A DNA stretch of 64,000 nt from the NCBI GenBank assembly GCA_034530875.2, contig JAVRCJ020000018.1:64001-128000 (forward strand). Direction: 5' to 3'. The stretch's first letter is position 1. Each line of letters opens with the position of its first letter. Origin of the DNA: Nostoc sp. DedSLP01. Lineage in GTDB: Bacteria > Cyanobacteriota > Cyanobacteriia > Cyanobacteriales > Nostocaceae. The position numbers and the translations under genes were made by a program. The notes beneath the pieces are model-generated. The model worked only from the letters and a program-made list of their open reading frames with translations, made no database searches and was not told the origin of the DNA. Shown piece after piece: positions 18,306 to 29,071 of this stretch.

Positions 18306-19199
18306 TCAAAGTACATTTGTTTCTTTCCTATTCCCTACCTCAATGAGAAATTCTGACATATATTGATTCACCAACTCCGGCTGCTCTTGCTGCACGCAAT
18401 GACCACAATTAGGAATATATTTAATTTGAAAATCTCTAATATAAGCTGCGGTATCATAGCTTAATTCCTTGCCGAGGGCAGGGTCATTTTCTCCCCAAAT
18501 CATCAGCGTTGGAACTTCCAAAATTCCCCAATTTGGATTCAGGATTCTCTGCTGAAAAACATTGCGGTAATAGTTCAACATTGCTGTGAGTGCGCCACGT
18601 TTTGCAGCAGCATCTTTATACGCATTAATATCTGCTTCTGTCCAAGCTTTTTTATTAACTGCTGTGGCTTTAAAAGCCGTTTCAATTGCTTGGTAATCTA
18701 AAGATTGTAAAAGTAACTCTGGTATCCACGGTAGTTGAAAAGCAAAGATGTAAGAGCTACGTAGCAATTGTTGAGGAGTGCGCATACCTTGGGCAAATTT
18801 GGCAGGATGAGGCAAATTAAGGATAATTAATCGCTCCACCGCTTCCGGATGAGCATAAGCAAAATTCCAAGCGATCGCTCCTCCCCAATCATGCCCAACT
18901 AAAACGCATTTTTCGTATCCTAATCCTTTAATTACTCCTTCAACATCTTTGATAAATTCATCCATAACGTAAGCTGATTGCTCTGGTGGCTTATCACTAT
19001 CGTTGTAACCACGCAAGTCAATAGCAACGGCTTTAAAATCTTCGGCAAACTTTGGTATTTGATGCCGCCAAGAGTACCAAAATTCAGGAAACCCATGTAA
19101 CATCAACATCAAAGGCCCTTGACCTTGGGTGACGTAGTGTAGTTTCACTCCATTGGTAGTTATATATTCGTGTTGCCAAGAAGGTTGTGTTACAGACAT
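18306..19199 (-). CDS. Alpha/beta hydrolase, epoxide hydrolase family
   Basis: LHGFPE, DLRGY, VGHDWGG, GHCVQQE motifs; likely start MSVTQPSW. Confidence 0.9.
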   Translation of the reverse strand: MSVTQPSWQHEYITTNGVKLHYVTQGQGPLMLMLHGFPEFWYSWRHQIPKFAEDFKAVAIDLRGYNDSDKPPEQSAYVMDEFIKDVEGVIKGLGYEKCVLVGHDWGGAIAWNFAYAHPEAVERLIILNLPHPAKFAQGMRTPQQLLRSSYIFAFQLPWIPELLLQSLDYQAIETAFKATAVNKKAWTEADINAYKDAAAKRGALTAMLNYYRNVFQQRILNPNWGILEVPTLMIWGENDPALGKELSYDTAAYIRDFQIKYIPNCGHCVQQEQPELVNQYMSEFLIEVGNRKETNVL

Positions 19200-19645
19200 A
19201 ATTAATACGATTTCAGTATCATCCAAGATTAGTTAATACTAAATTTAATATTATTTTGAGTAAATTAACATCTATTAAAAGATAGGATTAGAATAGTAAT
19301 TCTCATGATTTTCGGATGAACTTGTTATCCTCTAGTACCTGACTATATATAGGACTAGTGGTTGATTTTTGCGAAGCTACGTACAGTTTTTTCATTTTAT
19401 AAAATAAAAAAATTGCCCTGTACCTTAACTATTACCTGCAAAGATTCTTCATCAATTGCACTGCGAAGTTGAGATAAATTATTTACAGATGCAAGTAACC
19501 TCGCTAAACGAATAATTCATTTTGAGATTTCATCATACTCAAGCAAGAATTATTATCAATCTAACAACTATAATATTTGATATAAGGGCTATTTTTTTGA
19601 TACTAAACTGAGTAATTTAAGTACTGAAAAATTTGATAGCTTTCG

Positions 19646-21112
19646 TCAACGAACAGCTTTCAAGGTATCGTAAAGTAATTTGTAGCGATTAAACGCTACT
19701 TCATACAAAGGATTTGTCTGCGGCTGTACCATATAACTAGCTTGGGATAGTATCTTGAGTGCAGTTTCTAAATTAGGGTAGGCACCAACTCCTACCATTG
19801 CCAAAATAGCAGCTCCGTAAGCGGCTCCTTCTTCGGCTTTGGGAGCAATAAGTTCTGTTTGCAAGACATCTGCTAAAATTTGCAACCAAATATTAGACCG
19901 TGCGCCTCCACCTGTGGCCAAGAGTTGATGCACGGGAGCGATCGCGCTAATTACCTCCAAGGCTTCCCGCAAGCTGAATGCAACCCCCTCCAGTACAGCA
20001 CGAATGACATCTGCCTGCGTATGAGCTAATGACAAATTTACTATTGCACCGCGAGTATCTGGATCGAGGTGGGGGCTGCGTTCTCCTGAAAGGTGAGGCA
20101 GAAATAGAACACCACGCGCACCAGGTAGCGATCGCCCTGCCATTTCCATCAACTCGGTGTATGATATCTGCGGTGCAAATGTATCTCGATACCAACGCAA
20201 AGATCCACCAGCCGCTAACGTCACTCCAAGTAGATGATAGCCACCATCAACATGACAGAACAAATGGACTCGACCTTGGGGATCGGGAATTGGGCGATCG
20301 CATGGTGCAAAGATAACTCCCGATGTACCAATACTCAAACTACCCAGGTTGAGGTTGTTGGATGAGATACCCAAACCAATTGCTGCTGCTGCATTGTCGC
20401 CTCCGCCTGCAATTACAGGCAATCCTACGGGTAATCCTACGCGGGCAGCGATTTCTGGTTTTAGCCGTCCGGCGATCGCAGTAGATTCGATGACTGGGGG
20501 AAATAATGCTGGTTTGATATCTAATGCGTCGAGAATATCTGTATCCCAAAGCTGCTTCGCCAGATTTAGACACCCGACACCAGAGGCATCAGATGGTTCT
20601 GTCGCTAGTTCCCCCGTTAGCACGTATCCTAGATAATCTTTTGGCAAAAGAATTTGCCACAGCCGAGTATACGCTTCTGGTTCTTGACTCCGCAACCATA
20701 AAAGTTTTGGCAGTTGAAACCCAGTAATTGCCGGATTTCCAGTGCGTTGAATTAATTCTGGACGGGGAATAGTGGCTTCAATCTCAGCAACAGCTTTACC
20801 TGTGCGTTGGTCGTTCCACAAAATTGCTGGTCTGATGGTTTTGTCTTCGGCATCGAGAGGAACCATACCATGCATTTGTCCCGATAAACCAAGGGCAATG
20901 GCTTGGCGTCCATTTAGCTGTTGGGTAACATCAGATAGAGCAGCTAAACTTGCATCAATCCAATCCGATGGGTTCTGTTGTGTCCAACCGGGTTGTGGAG
21001 TTAAAAGTGGATAGCTTCTGGTTGCTTGAGCAATAATTTGCCCTTGCAGGTCAACTGCGATCGCTCGTACTCCTCCGGTACCCAAGTCTAAGCCAATTAC
21101 GATGTCGCTCAA
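19646..21112 (-). CDS. xylB: Xylulokinase (FGGY family)
   Basis: [40 protein letters not shown] start with GGAGG SD. Confidence 0.9.
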   Translation of the reverse strand: MSDIVIGLDLGTGGVRAIAVDLQGQIIAQATRSYPLLTPQPGWTQQNPSDWIDASLAALSDVTQQLNGRQAIALGLSGQMHGMVPLDAEDKTIRPAILWNDQRTGKAVAEIEATIPRPELIQRTGNPAITGFQLPKLLWLRSQEPEAYTRLWQILLPKDYLGYVLTGELATEPSDASGVGCLNLAKQLWDTDILDALDIKPALFPPVIESTAIAGRLKPEIAARVGLPVGLPVIAGGGDNAAAAIGLGISSNNLNLGSLSIGTSGVIFAPCDRPIPDPQGRVHLFCHVDGGYHLLGVTLAAGGSLRWYRDTFAPQISYTELMEMAGRSLPGARGVLFLPHLSGERSPHLDPDTRGAIVNLSLAHTQADVIRAVLEGVAFSLREALEVISAIAPVHQLLATGGGARSNIWLQILADVLQTELIAPKAEEGAAYGAAILAMVGVGAYPNLETALKILSQASYMVQPQTNPLYEVAFNRYKLLYDTLKAVR

Positions 21113-21139
21113 TTACGCCTCCAAATTCTTAATCGCGAA

Positions 21140-21622
21140 CTAACCCAGTTTCTTGAAGTACCTAGCGACTGGAAACAGCCTAAAACCCAGCTTTTCATAA
21201 GTACAACGTGCCGGGGCATGACCTGGATCGCCTCCGGTTTCAACCATAGCAACGGACATTCCAGCAACTTTCATCCAATCAAGAGCGAATTCCATCAAAG
21301 CGGTGCCAATGCCTCGACGTTGGTAGTCTGGATCGACGGCGACCATATAGATTTCTCCCATACTGCTCTCAAAGTGGAGTTTCACGGCTACAAAGCCCAG
21401 AATTGAACCAGAGTCGATCGCCACCCACACCTTTGTGTCCGCAGCAGCACAGACTCCCTCGACAGCACGAAGCTGGCTTACACGCCAACCGTCGGGATAG
21501 AATGAGCGATACACGTCAAGATCCATTGCTTCTTGAAGCGAATCAAAAACCGGAGACCATGCCCGAATCGAAAGGCTCTTGATGGCATCAAGGTGACTAT
21601 CTTCGTATGGTTCAATTTGCAT
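21140..21622 (-). CDS. GNAT family N-acetyltransferase
   Basis: VDPDYQRRGIG acetyl-CoA motif, YEKLGF. Confidence 0.88.
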   Translation of the reverse strand: MQIEPYEDSHLDAIKSLSIRAWSPVFDSLQEAMDLDVYRSFYPDGWRVSQLRAVEGVCAAADTKVWVAIDSGSILGFVAVKLHFESSMGEIYMVAVDPDYQRRGIGTALMEFALDWMKVAGMSVAMVETGGDPGHAPARCTYEKLGFRLFPVARYFKKLG

Positions 21623-21667
21623 TTCGGTATGGACTCCACTTATAAGAGGAGGAAAAGGGGCAGGGCA

Positions 21668-21868
21668 TTGGTGTCAACTTAACGTAAAACTGCTATCTCG
21701 CAAGGAACTGAAGTTCCTTGCTAATAGCTCAAGTCATCTCAAAGATGACTGAATTCTTTAATAATCTTTAGTCTACTTCAGTAGACTTGAGCTATTAGCT
21801 TGGGAATGAATTCCCAAGCGGGTGATGAAGCCAATAGTGAAGCTATTCCTAGTTTAAGTTGACACCAA
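21668..21868. mobile_element. MITE with four internal palindromes
   Basis: Perfect 15-bp TIR TTGGTGTCAACTTAA / TTAAGTTGACACCAA; internal hairpins, e.g. CAAGGAACTGAAGTTCCTTG, AGTCTACTTCAGTAGACT, CTTGGGAATGAATTCCCAAG. Confidence 0.8.
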
Positions 21869-22027
21869 AGAGGGCAGCGGGCAGGTGTAAGTTTTTAATT
21901 AAGCAATGAGTAATGACTGTAAAACCAACGAAACGATCGTGTTTTAATAAGCCCCTATACCCTTACACCATAAAAGCAGTTTTTTTGTCCAAGTGTAAAA
22001 AACTACACCTGCTCTCTGCCTCAGAAT

Positions 22028-22264
22028 CTACCGCGTACACACAAGTCTTTTAGAGTTGTTGGGTAAGACACAGAAAATTAATTTTTGCTCTTCGATGCAA
22101 CAAAGGTGCAAAGCGATGCAACAAAGGTGCAGGGCGATGCAACAAAGGTGCAAGGCGATGCAACAAAGGTGCAAAGCGATGCAACAAAGGTGCAAGGCAA
22201 TGCAACAAAGGTGCAGGGCGATGCAACAAAGGTGCAGGTCAAGAGACTTGTGTGTAAACCGTAG
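22028..22264. mobile_element. MITE with 10-bp target duplication carrying a 21-bp tandem array
   Basis: TIRs CTACCGCGTACACACAAGTCT / AGACTTGTGTGTAAACCGTAG; perfect TSD GCCTCAGAAT at 22018-22027 and 22265-22274. Confidence 0.88.
22093..22238. repeat. 7 x 21-bp tandem repeat
   Basis: CGATGCAACAAAGGTGCA+RRG units starting at 22093, 22114, 22135, 22156, 22177, 22198, 22219. Confidence 0.95.
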
Positions 22265-22267
22265 GCC

Positions 22268-23761
22268 TCAGAATCGGGCTAACGTTTCTTTCGCTCCAAA
22301 CTCATACAATCTGCGTAAATGGTTCGTAACTGCATCGACAAAAAGCGTTGATTGGGATAAATCGCCAAAAATCTCAGTCAGGTTGAGCAATGGTCTGGCA
22401 TCAGAGCCACTGTTAGAAGCTAGTTGCGTGAGAGTACCTCCTATTGGGTCATCAATGGGAATAGCGTTGCCTTGGTCATCCTTTCCGTTGAGGTAACGGA
22501 ACCAAGCTGCAACCGTGAGGCTCATATAGTCAATTGCGCCTTTTTGGTGGAGTGCATCGCGAACTGAGCCTAAAACAAATTTTGGCATTTTGGCGGAACT
22601 ATTGAGGCAAAGCCGGGGCAGTTGGTCGCGTATCTTGGGATTGGCAAAGCGTTTTATTAAGGTCTGTTTGTAATCGTCTAAATCAATCCCTGGTACGGGT
22701 TGGAGTGTGGGCGTAACTTCTGCCATTAAACGATCCACGGCTTGCCTAATTAAAGGATCGGCCATCACCTCGTGGACGTAGCTGTAACCTGCCAAGGAGC
22801 CGAGATAACCAATCAACAAGTGACTGGCGTTGAGCAGGCGGATTTTCATCATCTCGTAGGGATGAACATCATCGGTCATCTGCACGCCAACAGATTCCCA
22901 ATCAGGTCTACCCGCACAGAAATTGTCTTCAACTACCCACTGAAGGAACGGTTCGGCAACAACTGGAAAAGCATCATCAATATTAAACTGTTCCTCCACC
23001 ATTTTGATATCTGCTGGGGTGGTAGCGGGGGTAATGCGATCGACCATACAGTTAGGAAAGGCTACCTGTTTGGCGACCCAACTTCCCAATTCCGGGTTCT
23101 GCATCTGGGCAAATGCAGTCAACATTTTCCGGGCAATGTTGCCGTTGCCTTGCAAGTTATCGCAGGACAACACAGTAAACGGTGCTATTCCCTGTTGACG
23201 GCGGCGATCGAGTGCTGCGGTCAAAAAGCCATATACGCCAATTGGCTCGTGAGGATGCTGTAAATCATACTGAATTGTTGGGTGATTGGTATCAAATTCA
23301 CCGCTACCTTCAATGTAGTAGTAGCCACCTTCAGTAATTGTGAGGGTGACGATACGGCATTTGGGATCTGCTAGGGTATCAATTACTGCTTGGCGGTTAT
23401 CTGGGGCAAAGAGATATTTTGTAATTGCTCCGATCGCGCGGGCGCGATCGCCTTCTGGCGACCTTTCAACTAAGGTATACAAACAATCTTGTGAACTCAG
23501 TGCATCTCGCATTCGTTGGTCAAATTCCAGTAACCCAACCCCGCAAATTCCCCACTCACTGCCAGGATGCTGATGAAAGTAGTTATCGAGATATAATGCC
23601 TGATGTGCTCGATGGAACCCACCCACACCGATATGGACAATGCCGTTAGTAATTTGGTGGCGATCGTAATTCGGTACGCGAACGTTACTTGCTAAACGAG
23701 CTAAAGCTGCTTCATTCAGCTTGATTGCTGAGTCGGTGCTGATATTGTTCATGGGATTCAT
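22268..23761 (-). CDS. Mannitol 2-dehydrogenase family (mannitol / D-arabitol dehydrogenase)
   Basis: HIGVGGFHRAHQA, LTITEGGY, VLSCDN, MVDRITP, YEMMKIRLLNASH, RFANP motifs. Confidence 0.92.
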   Translation of the reverse strand: MNPMNNISTDSAIKLNEAALARLASNVRVPNYDRHQITNGIVHIGVGGFHRAHQALYLDNYFHQHPGSEWGICGVGLLEFDQRMRDALSSQDCLYTLVERSPEGDRARAIGAITKYLFAPDNRQAVIDTLADPKCRIVTLTITEGGYYYIEGSGEFDTNHPTIQYDLQHPHEPIGVYGFLTAALDRRRQQGIAPFTVLSCDNLQGNGNIARKMLTAFAQMQNPELGSWVAKQVAFPNCMVDRITPATTPADIKMVEEQFNIDDAFPVVAEPFLQWVVEDNFCAGRPDWESVGVQMTDDVHPYEMMKIRLLNASHLLIGYLGSLAGYSYVHEVMADPLIRQAVDRLMAEVTPTLQPVPGIDLDDYKQTLIKRFANPKIRDQLPRLCLNSSAKMPKFVLGSVRDALHQKGAIDYMSLTVAAWFRYLNGKDDQGNAIPIDDPIGGTLTQLASNSGSDARPLLNLTEIFGDLSQSTLFVDAVTNHLRRLYEFGAKETLARF

Positions 23762-24866
23762 TAATGGTTAAATGGTGACGGCGAGCTTTAGGAATGGCTT
23801 CACCCTCTCGGTCGAACAAATGGCAAAGTTCGCCGTTAATGTAAATCGGCACGAAATCGTGCAATTGGGCGGGATTATCTCCATCTGTTTGCACTACGAT
23901 GGTGTCACCACCCGCAATTTTGATGTAAAGATAGGTTTCTCCGCCCAACCGTTCTACTACTAGCACTTCGCCATTTATGCTGGGGTTACTGCGATCGAGC
24001 CGCAGATGTTCGGGACGAATTCCTAATGTGGCTCTATCCCCAACCGATAGGCTTCTGGGCTGCACGGGAATCATTACAGTTGCATCGCCAGGAAGTCTTA
24101 CAGTTGTACCAGAGTCATTGACGGCTGACACCGTGACTGGAATAAAGTTCATTTTCGGCGAACCAATAAATCCAGCGACGAAGATATTGCGGGGATGGTG
24201 GTAAAGTTCTAGGGGAGAACCGACTTGTTCGATGATGCCACCTTGCAATACCACAATTTTGTCAGCAAGGGTCATTGCCTCAACTTGGTCGTGGGTAACG
24301 TAAATCATCGTGGCTTGCAGGCTGTCGTGTAAACTAGCAAGCTCAATTCGCATTTGTACGCGCAAAGCTGCGTCTAGGTTTGATAACGGCTCATCAAATA
24401 AAAATACTTTGGGATTTCGTACTAAAGCACGACCAATTGCTACCCGTTGGCGTTGTCCTCCCGATAGTTCTTTGGGTTTGCGGTTTAGGAGTGGTTCTAA
24501 TTGCAGGATGCGGGCGACTTCACGCGCTCTTTCATAGCGTTGGGCTTTGGGCATACCTGCAAGGCGCAGGCTAAAGGCCATATTTTCGGCGACTGTCATG
24601 TGGGGGTATAAGGCGTAGGTTTGAAAGACCATTGCCAAACCGCGTTTATCGGGTGGTATGTCGTTGACTTTTTGACCGTCGATGAGTAAGTCGCCGGAGG
24701 AAATTTCTTCTAGTCCAGCTATCATGCGGAGTAAGGTGGATTTTCCACAGCCGGAGGGGCCGACGAAAACGACAAATTCGCGATCGCTGATGTCGAGATC
24801 TATGCCTTTGATGATCTCTGTGTCGGCGTAGGTTTTATGGATATCTCTTAATGCAACTGTTGACAT
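23712..24866 (-). CDS. Polyol/sugar ABC transporter ATP-binding protein (SmoK/MalK type)
   Basis: GPSGCGKS, LSGGQRQR, FLFDEP, C-terminal TOBE. Confidence 0.93.
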   Translation of the reverse strand: MSTVALRDIHKTYADTEIIKGIDLDISDREFVVFVGPSGCGKSTLLRMIAGLEEISSGDLLIDGQKVNDIPPDKRGLAMVFQTYALYPHMTVAENMAFSLRLAGMPKAQRYERAREVARILQLEPLLNRKPKELSGGQRQRVAIGRALVRNPKVFLFDEPLSNLDAALRVQMRIELASLHDSLQATMIYVTHDQVEAMTLADKIVVLQGGIIEQVGSPLELYHHPRNIFVAGFIGSPKMNFIPVTVSAVNDSGTTVRLPGDATVMIPVQPRSLSVGDRATLGIRPEHLRLDRSNPSINGEVLVVERLGGETYLYIKIAGGDTIVVQTDGDNPAQLHDFVPIYINGELCHLFDREGEAIPKARRHHLTINESHEQYQHRLSNQAE

Positions 24867-24971
24867 AAAATGTTTCCATTAATTAAGTTTTTTATCACGC
24901 AGAGACGCAGAGGCGCAAAGAAGAACGCAAGAGTTTATTTATAATCCCTTCTGCCCTCTGCCTCCTGCCTC

Positions 24972-25793
24972 CTACTTCACTGCACCGAAGGTTAGACCTC
25001 GTACTAGTTGCCGTTGACTTAGCCAGCCGAAGATGAGGATGGGTGCGATCGCTAGTGTTGATGCTGCTGAGAGTTTTGCCCAAAATAATCCTTGAGGGCT
25101 GGAAAATGAGGCAATAAAGGCTGTGAGTGGGGCGGCGTCTGCTGTTGTTAAGTTCAGGCTCCAAAATGCTTCGTTCCACGACAAGATAATTGAGAGTAAG
25201 GCGGTGGAGGCGATTCCGGGTAGTGCTAGTGGTAGTAAGACGTGCAGGAGTTCTTGCTGTGTGGTTGCGCCATCCATGCGATCGGCTTCGAGAATGTCTT
25301 TAGGAACTTCTTTGAAGAAGCTGTAAATCATCCAGACGACAATGGGCAAATTAATCAAGGTATAAATGATAATTAAACCGATGCGGGTATCTAGTAAGCC
25401 AGCGTTGCGACATAAGATGTAGATGGGAACTAACACGCCGACAGGTGGTAGCATTTTGGTGGACAGCATCCACAGCAGAGTTCCCTTGGTGCGTTTGGTG
25501 GGGAAGAATGCCATTGCATAAGCGGCAGGTACGGCAAGCAGGAGGGCAAGTACAGTTGAGCCGAGGGAAATTGCTACGCTGTTAAATGCATAATTGAAAT
25601 AATTTGCCCGGTCTTGGATGGCAACATAATTTTCCAATGTCGGGCGGAAAAATAACTGTGGGGGAGTTGAAACTGCGGCTACTTCGGTTTTGAAACTGGT
25701 AATAAACATCCAAAAAATCGGGAAAAATAGCAGGCAAGCGGCAAGCCAACCTAGTAATGTCCATAGCCACCGCTTTGAAGTTTTACGTGCCAT
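24972..25793 (-). CDS. Polyol ABC transporter permease (SmoG/MtlG type)
   Basis: EADRMDGA EAA motif, multiple TM, LVRGLTFGAVK terminus. Confidence 0.92.
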   Translation of the reverse strand: MARKTSKRWLWTLLGWLAACLLFFPIFWMFITSFKTEVAAVSTPPQLFFRPTLENYVAIQDRANYFNYAFNSVAISLGSTVLALLLAVPAAYAMAFFPTKRTKGTLLWMLSTKMLPPVGVLVPIYILCRNAGLLDTRIGLIIIYTLINLPIVVWMIYSFFKEVPKDILEADRMDGATTQQELLHVLLPLALPGIASTALLSIILSWNEAFWSLNLTTADAAPLTAFIASFSSPQGLFWAKLSAASTLAIAPILIFGWLSQRQLVRGLTFGAVK

Positions 25794-25794
25794 G

Positions 25795-26718
25795 TTAGGT
25801 ATCCAAATTACGAGCAACACTACGCATCAAGAAGATTGCCACGATGTTGGCAAGGATGACGGCAATTAATCCACCAGCTGAGGCGCCGCCGACATCAAAT
25901 TCCAGCAAGGCTTTTAAGAAGATGTAATAGGCTAGGTTGGTGGTTGCTAGTCCAGGGCCGCCGCCTGTGGTCACAAAGATTTCGGCAAAGATGGTTAAGA
26001 AGAAAATTGTCTCAATCATGGCGACCACGGAAATGGCGCGGCTAAGATGGGGCAGCATGACGAAACGAAATAGAGCGATCGCATTTGCTCCATCCATTCG
26101 CGCTGCTTCTAACTGGTCGCGATCTAGTGACTGAATGGCTGTTAATAAAATCAGCAAGGCAAAAGGCAGCCATTCCCAGGAAACAATAATAATGATGGCA
26201 AGCAGGGGAACGCTGGCAAACCAATCAATTGCTCCCAAACCCAAGCCTCTGGTAATCTGGGCAAACAGCCCATTTACTGGATGCATCAGCATATTTTTCC
26301 AGATTAGGGCGCTGACTGTAGGCATCACAAAAAACGGCGAGATTGCTAGCACCCGCGCTACACCACGACCGTAAAAGTCCTGGTCAAATAACACTGCTAG
26401 TAATGTGCCTAGACCAATTGTGATTACTAAAACCGAAACCACCAGAATAATTGTGATGGCGATCGATGTCCATAGTGCTGAGTCAGTCAGGATGAAAGTG
26501 AAATTTTCAATGCCAATGAATTTGCGTGCATCTGGATTCAGCAGGTTATACCGCTGAAACGAAAACCATATAGTCATCACCAGAGGCACAATCATCCACA
26601 GCAGCAGGACAACGACCGAAGGCGCAACCAGAGGTAAGGTTGACGCTTGCCGTTTAGCCCGTTGTCTAGCGGGTGGCGGCGTTTCGTGTTGAGGTTTGAC
26701 CGCTAATGAAGAAGACAT
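25795..26718 (-). CDS. Polyol ABC transporter permease (SmoF/MtlF type)
   Basis: EAARMDGA motif, TGGGPG, multiple TM. Confidence 0.92.
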   Translation of the reverse strand: MSSSLAVKPQHETPPPARQRAKRQASTLPLVAPSVVVLLLWMIVPLVMTIWFSFQRYNLLNPDARKFIGIENFTFILTDSALWTSIAITIILVVSVLVITIGLGTLLAVLFDQDFYGRGVARVLAISPFFVMPTVSALIWKNMLMHPVNGLFAQITRGLGLGAIDWFASVPLLAIIIIVSWEWLPFALLILLTAIQSLDRDQLEAARMDGANAIALFRFVMLPHLSRAISVVAMIETIFFLTIFAEIFVTTGGGPGLATTNLAYYIFLKALLEFDVGGASAGGLIAVILANIVAIFLMRSVARNLDT

Positions 26719-26779
26719 AAGCAATTCGTAATTCGTAATTCGTAATTAGGGTTTGGTATGGCTGTGGAACACCTGAGAA

Positions 26780-28126
26780 TTACTCGATATAACCTGTATG
26801 TTTCATGAAGCGTTCAGTGAATCTCTGCGATTGCTGCAACGCCCCATCTATCGAAGTCCGATTAGTTAATGCTGCTGCTAAAGTTTGCCCTACTGAAGTC
26901 CCAATTGCCTGAAATTCTGGAATATCGACATATTGAACTCCCTTATAGGGTGTTGGTTCTGCGGATGGACGGGTAACATCAGCAGATTGAATTGCTTTCA
27001 GCACGATTGGGGCAAAGGGCGCTGCTTTGCGATAGTTGGGGTTTTCATACGTGGAAGTCCGAGTTCCTGGCGGTACGGCAACCCAGCTATTTTCTTTGGC
27101 AACTAGTTGGATATATTCTTTGGATGTTGCCCAAGCAACAAATCTTTGTGCGGCTTCTGGCGATTTTGAGGTTTTAGGAACTGCTAAAGCCCAAGCCCAA
27201 AGCCAGTTTGAACCGTTGGGATATTTTTCAATTGGCGCACGGGCAAAGCCAACTTTATCGTAAACTTGGGATTCTTTGGGATTGGATAATAGCCCAGCAG
27301 CAACGGTTGCATCTACCCACATCCCACATTTACCTGTGGAGAATAATGCCAAATTCTCATTAAATCCGTTGGAACTGGCTCCTGGCGGCCCGTACTTTTG
27401 CAGTAAATCGACATAAAAAGCGATCGCCTCTTTCCAAGCTGGAGTATTAATTGTCGGTTGCCACTTCATGTCAAACCAGCGTCCGCCATAAGTGTTAACT
27501 AAGGTGGAAACAAATGCCATGTTTTCACCCCAGCCAGGTTTCCCACGCAAGCAAACTCCATAAATTCCACGCGCCGGATCGTGGATCTTGCTTGCCCATT
27601 CTCTCATTTGGGGATAGGTTGGCTGTTCTGGAACTGTAATCCCGGCTTTATCAAACAGGTCTTTGCGGTAATACAGCATAGAACTTTCCCCATAAAACGG
27701 CACGGCGTAAAGTTTGCCGTTATGAGAAAGTCCTTCGCGGATGGGTTTTAGTAAATCGTTTACGTCGTAGTCTGCACCTAAATCCAAGGGTCTTAACCAA
27801 TCCCGTCTAGCCCAGATTGGTGTTTCATAAGAACCGATAGTCAGGACATCGAATTGCCCGCCTTGGCTTGCAACATCTGTAGTTGTGCGTTGGCGCAAGA
27901 CATTCTCTTCTAGCACCACCCACCGCAGTTGAATATCGCGGTTGGCTTCCTCGAACTTGCGGGAAAGTCCTTGCATTACCACCATATCGCCGTTATTAAC
28001 AGTGGCGATCGTCAGTGTAGTTTTATCTGCGGCTTGGGATTGCCACGAACAAGCGTGTAGCAGTTGCGCCAACATCACTCCAGCGAGAAATGCTACCAGC
28101 ACTTTAGCGAAGCGGGGGATACGCAT
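26780..28126 (-). CDS. Sorbitol/mannitol-type ABC substrate-binding lipoprotein (SmoE/MtlE type)
   Basis: Lipobox LHAC; TIATVNNGDM, LEENVLRQR, PFYGESS, LRGKPGWGEN motifs typical of SmoE/MtlE; AGGAG SD. Confidence 0.9.
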   Translation of the reverse strand: MRIPRFAKVLVAFLAGVMLAQLLHACSWQSQAADKTTLTIATVNNGDMVVMQGLSRKFEEANRDIQLRWVVLEENVLRQRTTTDVASQGGQFDVLTIGSYETPIWARRDWLRPLDLGADYDVNDLLKPIREGLSHNGKLYAVPFYGESSMLYYRKDLFDKAGITVPEQPTYPQMREWASKIHDPARGIYGVCLRGKPGWGENMAFVSTLVNTYGGRWFDMKWQPTINTPAWKEAIAFYVDLLQKYGPPGASSNGFNENLALFSTGKCGMWVDATVAAGLLSNPKESQVYDKVGFARAPIEKYPNGSNWLWAWALAVPKTSKSPEAAQRFVAWATSKEYIQLVAKENSWVAVPPGTRTSTYENPNYRKAAPFAPIVLKAIQSADVTRPSAEPTPYKGVQYVDIPEFQAIGTSVGQTLAAALTNRTSIDGALQQSQRFTERFMKHTGYIE

Positions 28127-28168
28127 CGCATTACTCCTTTGATATAAAAAATCGAACGGAGAAAATTT

Positions 28169-28203
28169 TTGATTTTATGCTCTATTTTTGAGTAAAAGCT
28201 CAA
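28169..28203. promoter_or_regulatory. Candidate tandem SorC-family operator in divergent promoter
   Basis: TTGATTTTATGCTCTA and TTGAGTAAAAGCTCAA, 19 bp apart; similar pair at 29231-29265. Confidence 0.55.
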
Positions 28204-28273
28204 TAATAGAATCATACCAACCCCACTTCAATGACGGTAATTTGCAACAATTCTTCAATAAGAGGCTGAATTT

Positions 28274-29071
28274 ATGACAGCAACCTATCAGTTTGCAGGT
28301 AAGAATATCTTGATTACAGGCGGTGCAGGGGATATTGGCAAGGCAACTGCACACCGTTTTGCGGCTAATGGTGCAGGTGTAGCGCTGTTAGATTTGAATG
28401 AACCGAAGATGGTAGATGTAGCTGCGGAACTAAAAGATTACAACGTTCCTATCGGCACATTTTGCTGTGATGTCACATCTGCTGATGATGTTGCCAAAGC
28501 CTTTACTGCTGCTGTAGAGCAGCTTGGACGGATTGATTATGTATTTAATAATGCGGGTTTTCAAGGAGCATTTGCCAAAACAGACGAATATCCTGAAGAT
28601 GACTTTCAAAAGACGATCAATATTAACGTTGTTGGCGTTTTCCACATTCTGAAGGCGGCTGCAAAGCACTTGCGCGATATCGGGGGAGGTGCGATCGTTA
28701 ACATGGCGAGTTATGCAGGCGTAGTGGGGCCGCCAAATATGTTAGCTTATGGTGCTTCTAAGTTTGCGGTGATTGGTATGACTCAGACAGCAGCAAAAGA
28801 CTTGGCTCCCTATGGCATCCGGGTAAATGCATTGTCTCCTGCACTTATAGGCCCTGGTTTTATGTGGACGCGGCAAACCCAATTGCAAGCAGCAGTAGGT
28901 TCTCAGTACTTTGATGCCGACCCCAAGGTAGTAGAACAACAGATGATTAATTCAGTCCCAATGCGGCGCTTGGGAAGTTTGGCAGAGGTAGCAAATGGGG
29001 TAGCGTTTCTGATGAGCGACGAAGCAAGTTACATCACCGGGTTTAACTTGGAAGTAACTGGTGGTCAATGA
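28274..29071 (+). CDS. SDR family NAD-dependent polyol dehydrogenase, xylitol dehydrogenase-like
   Basis: TGGAGDIG, NNAG, YGASK. The segments NNAGFQGAFA, GPPNM.AYG and GPGFMW.RQ..LQA.VGSQYF..DPKVV.QQMI.SVPMRR match my recollection of Gluconobacter oxydans xylitol dehydrogenase. Confidence 0.82.
   Translation: MTATYQFAGKNILITGGAGDIGKATAHRFAANGAGVALLDLNEPKMVDVAAELKDYNVPIGTFCCDVTSADDVAKAFTAAVEQLGRIDYVFNNAGFQGAFAKTDEYPEDDFQKTININVVGVFHILKAAAKHLRDIGGGAIVNMASYAGVVGPPNMLAYGASKFAVIGMTQTAAKDLAPYGIRVNALSPALIGPGFMWTRQTQLQAAVGSQYFDADPKVVEQQMINSVPMRRLGSLAEVANGVAFLMSDEASYITGFNLEVTGGQ

Noticed and set aside
22093..22238. Possible CRISPR array
   Set aside because: Units are contiguous 21-mers with no unique spacers, no cas genes are nearby, and the array lies inside a MITE.
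22056..22496. 146-aa ORF with MQQRCKA repeats (possible RiPP precursor)
   Set aside because: It is the translation of the tandem array and runs antisense into the dehydrogenase gene; no leader or SD.
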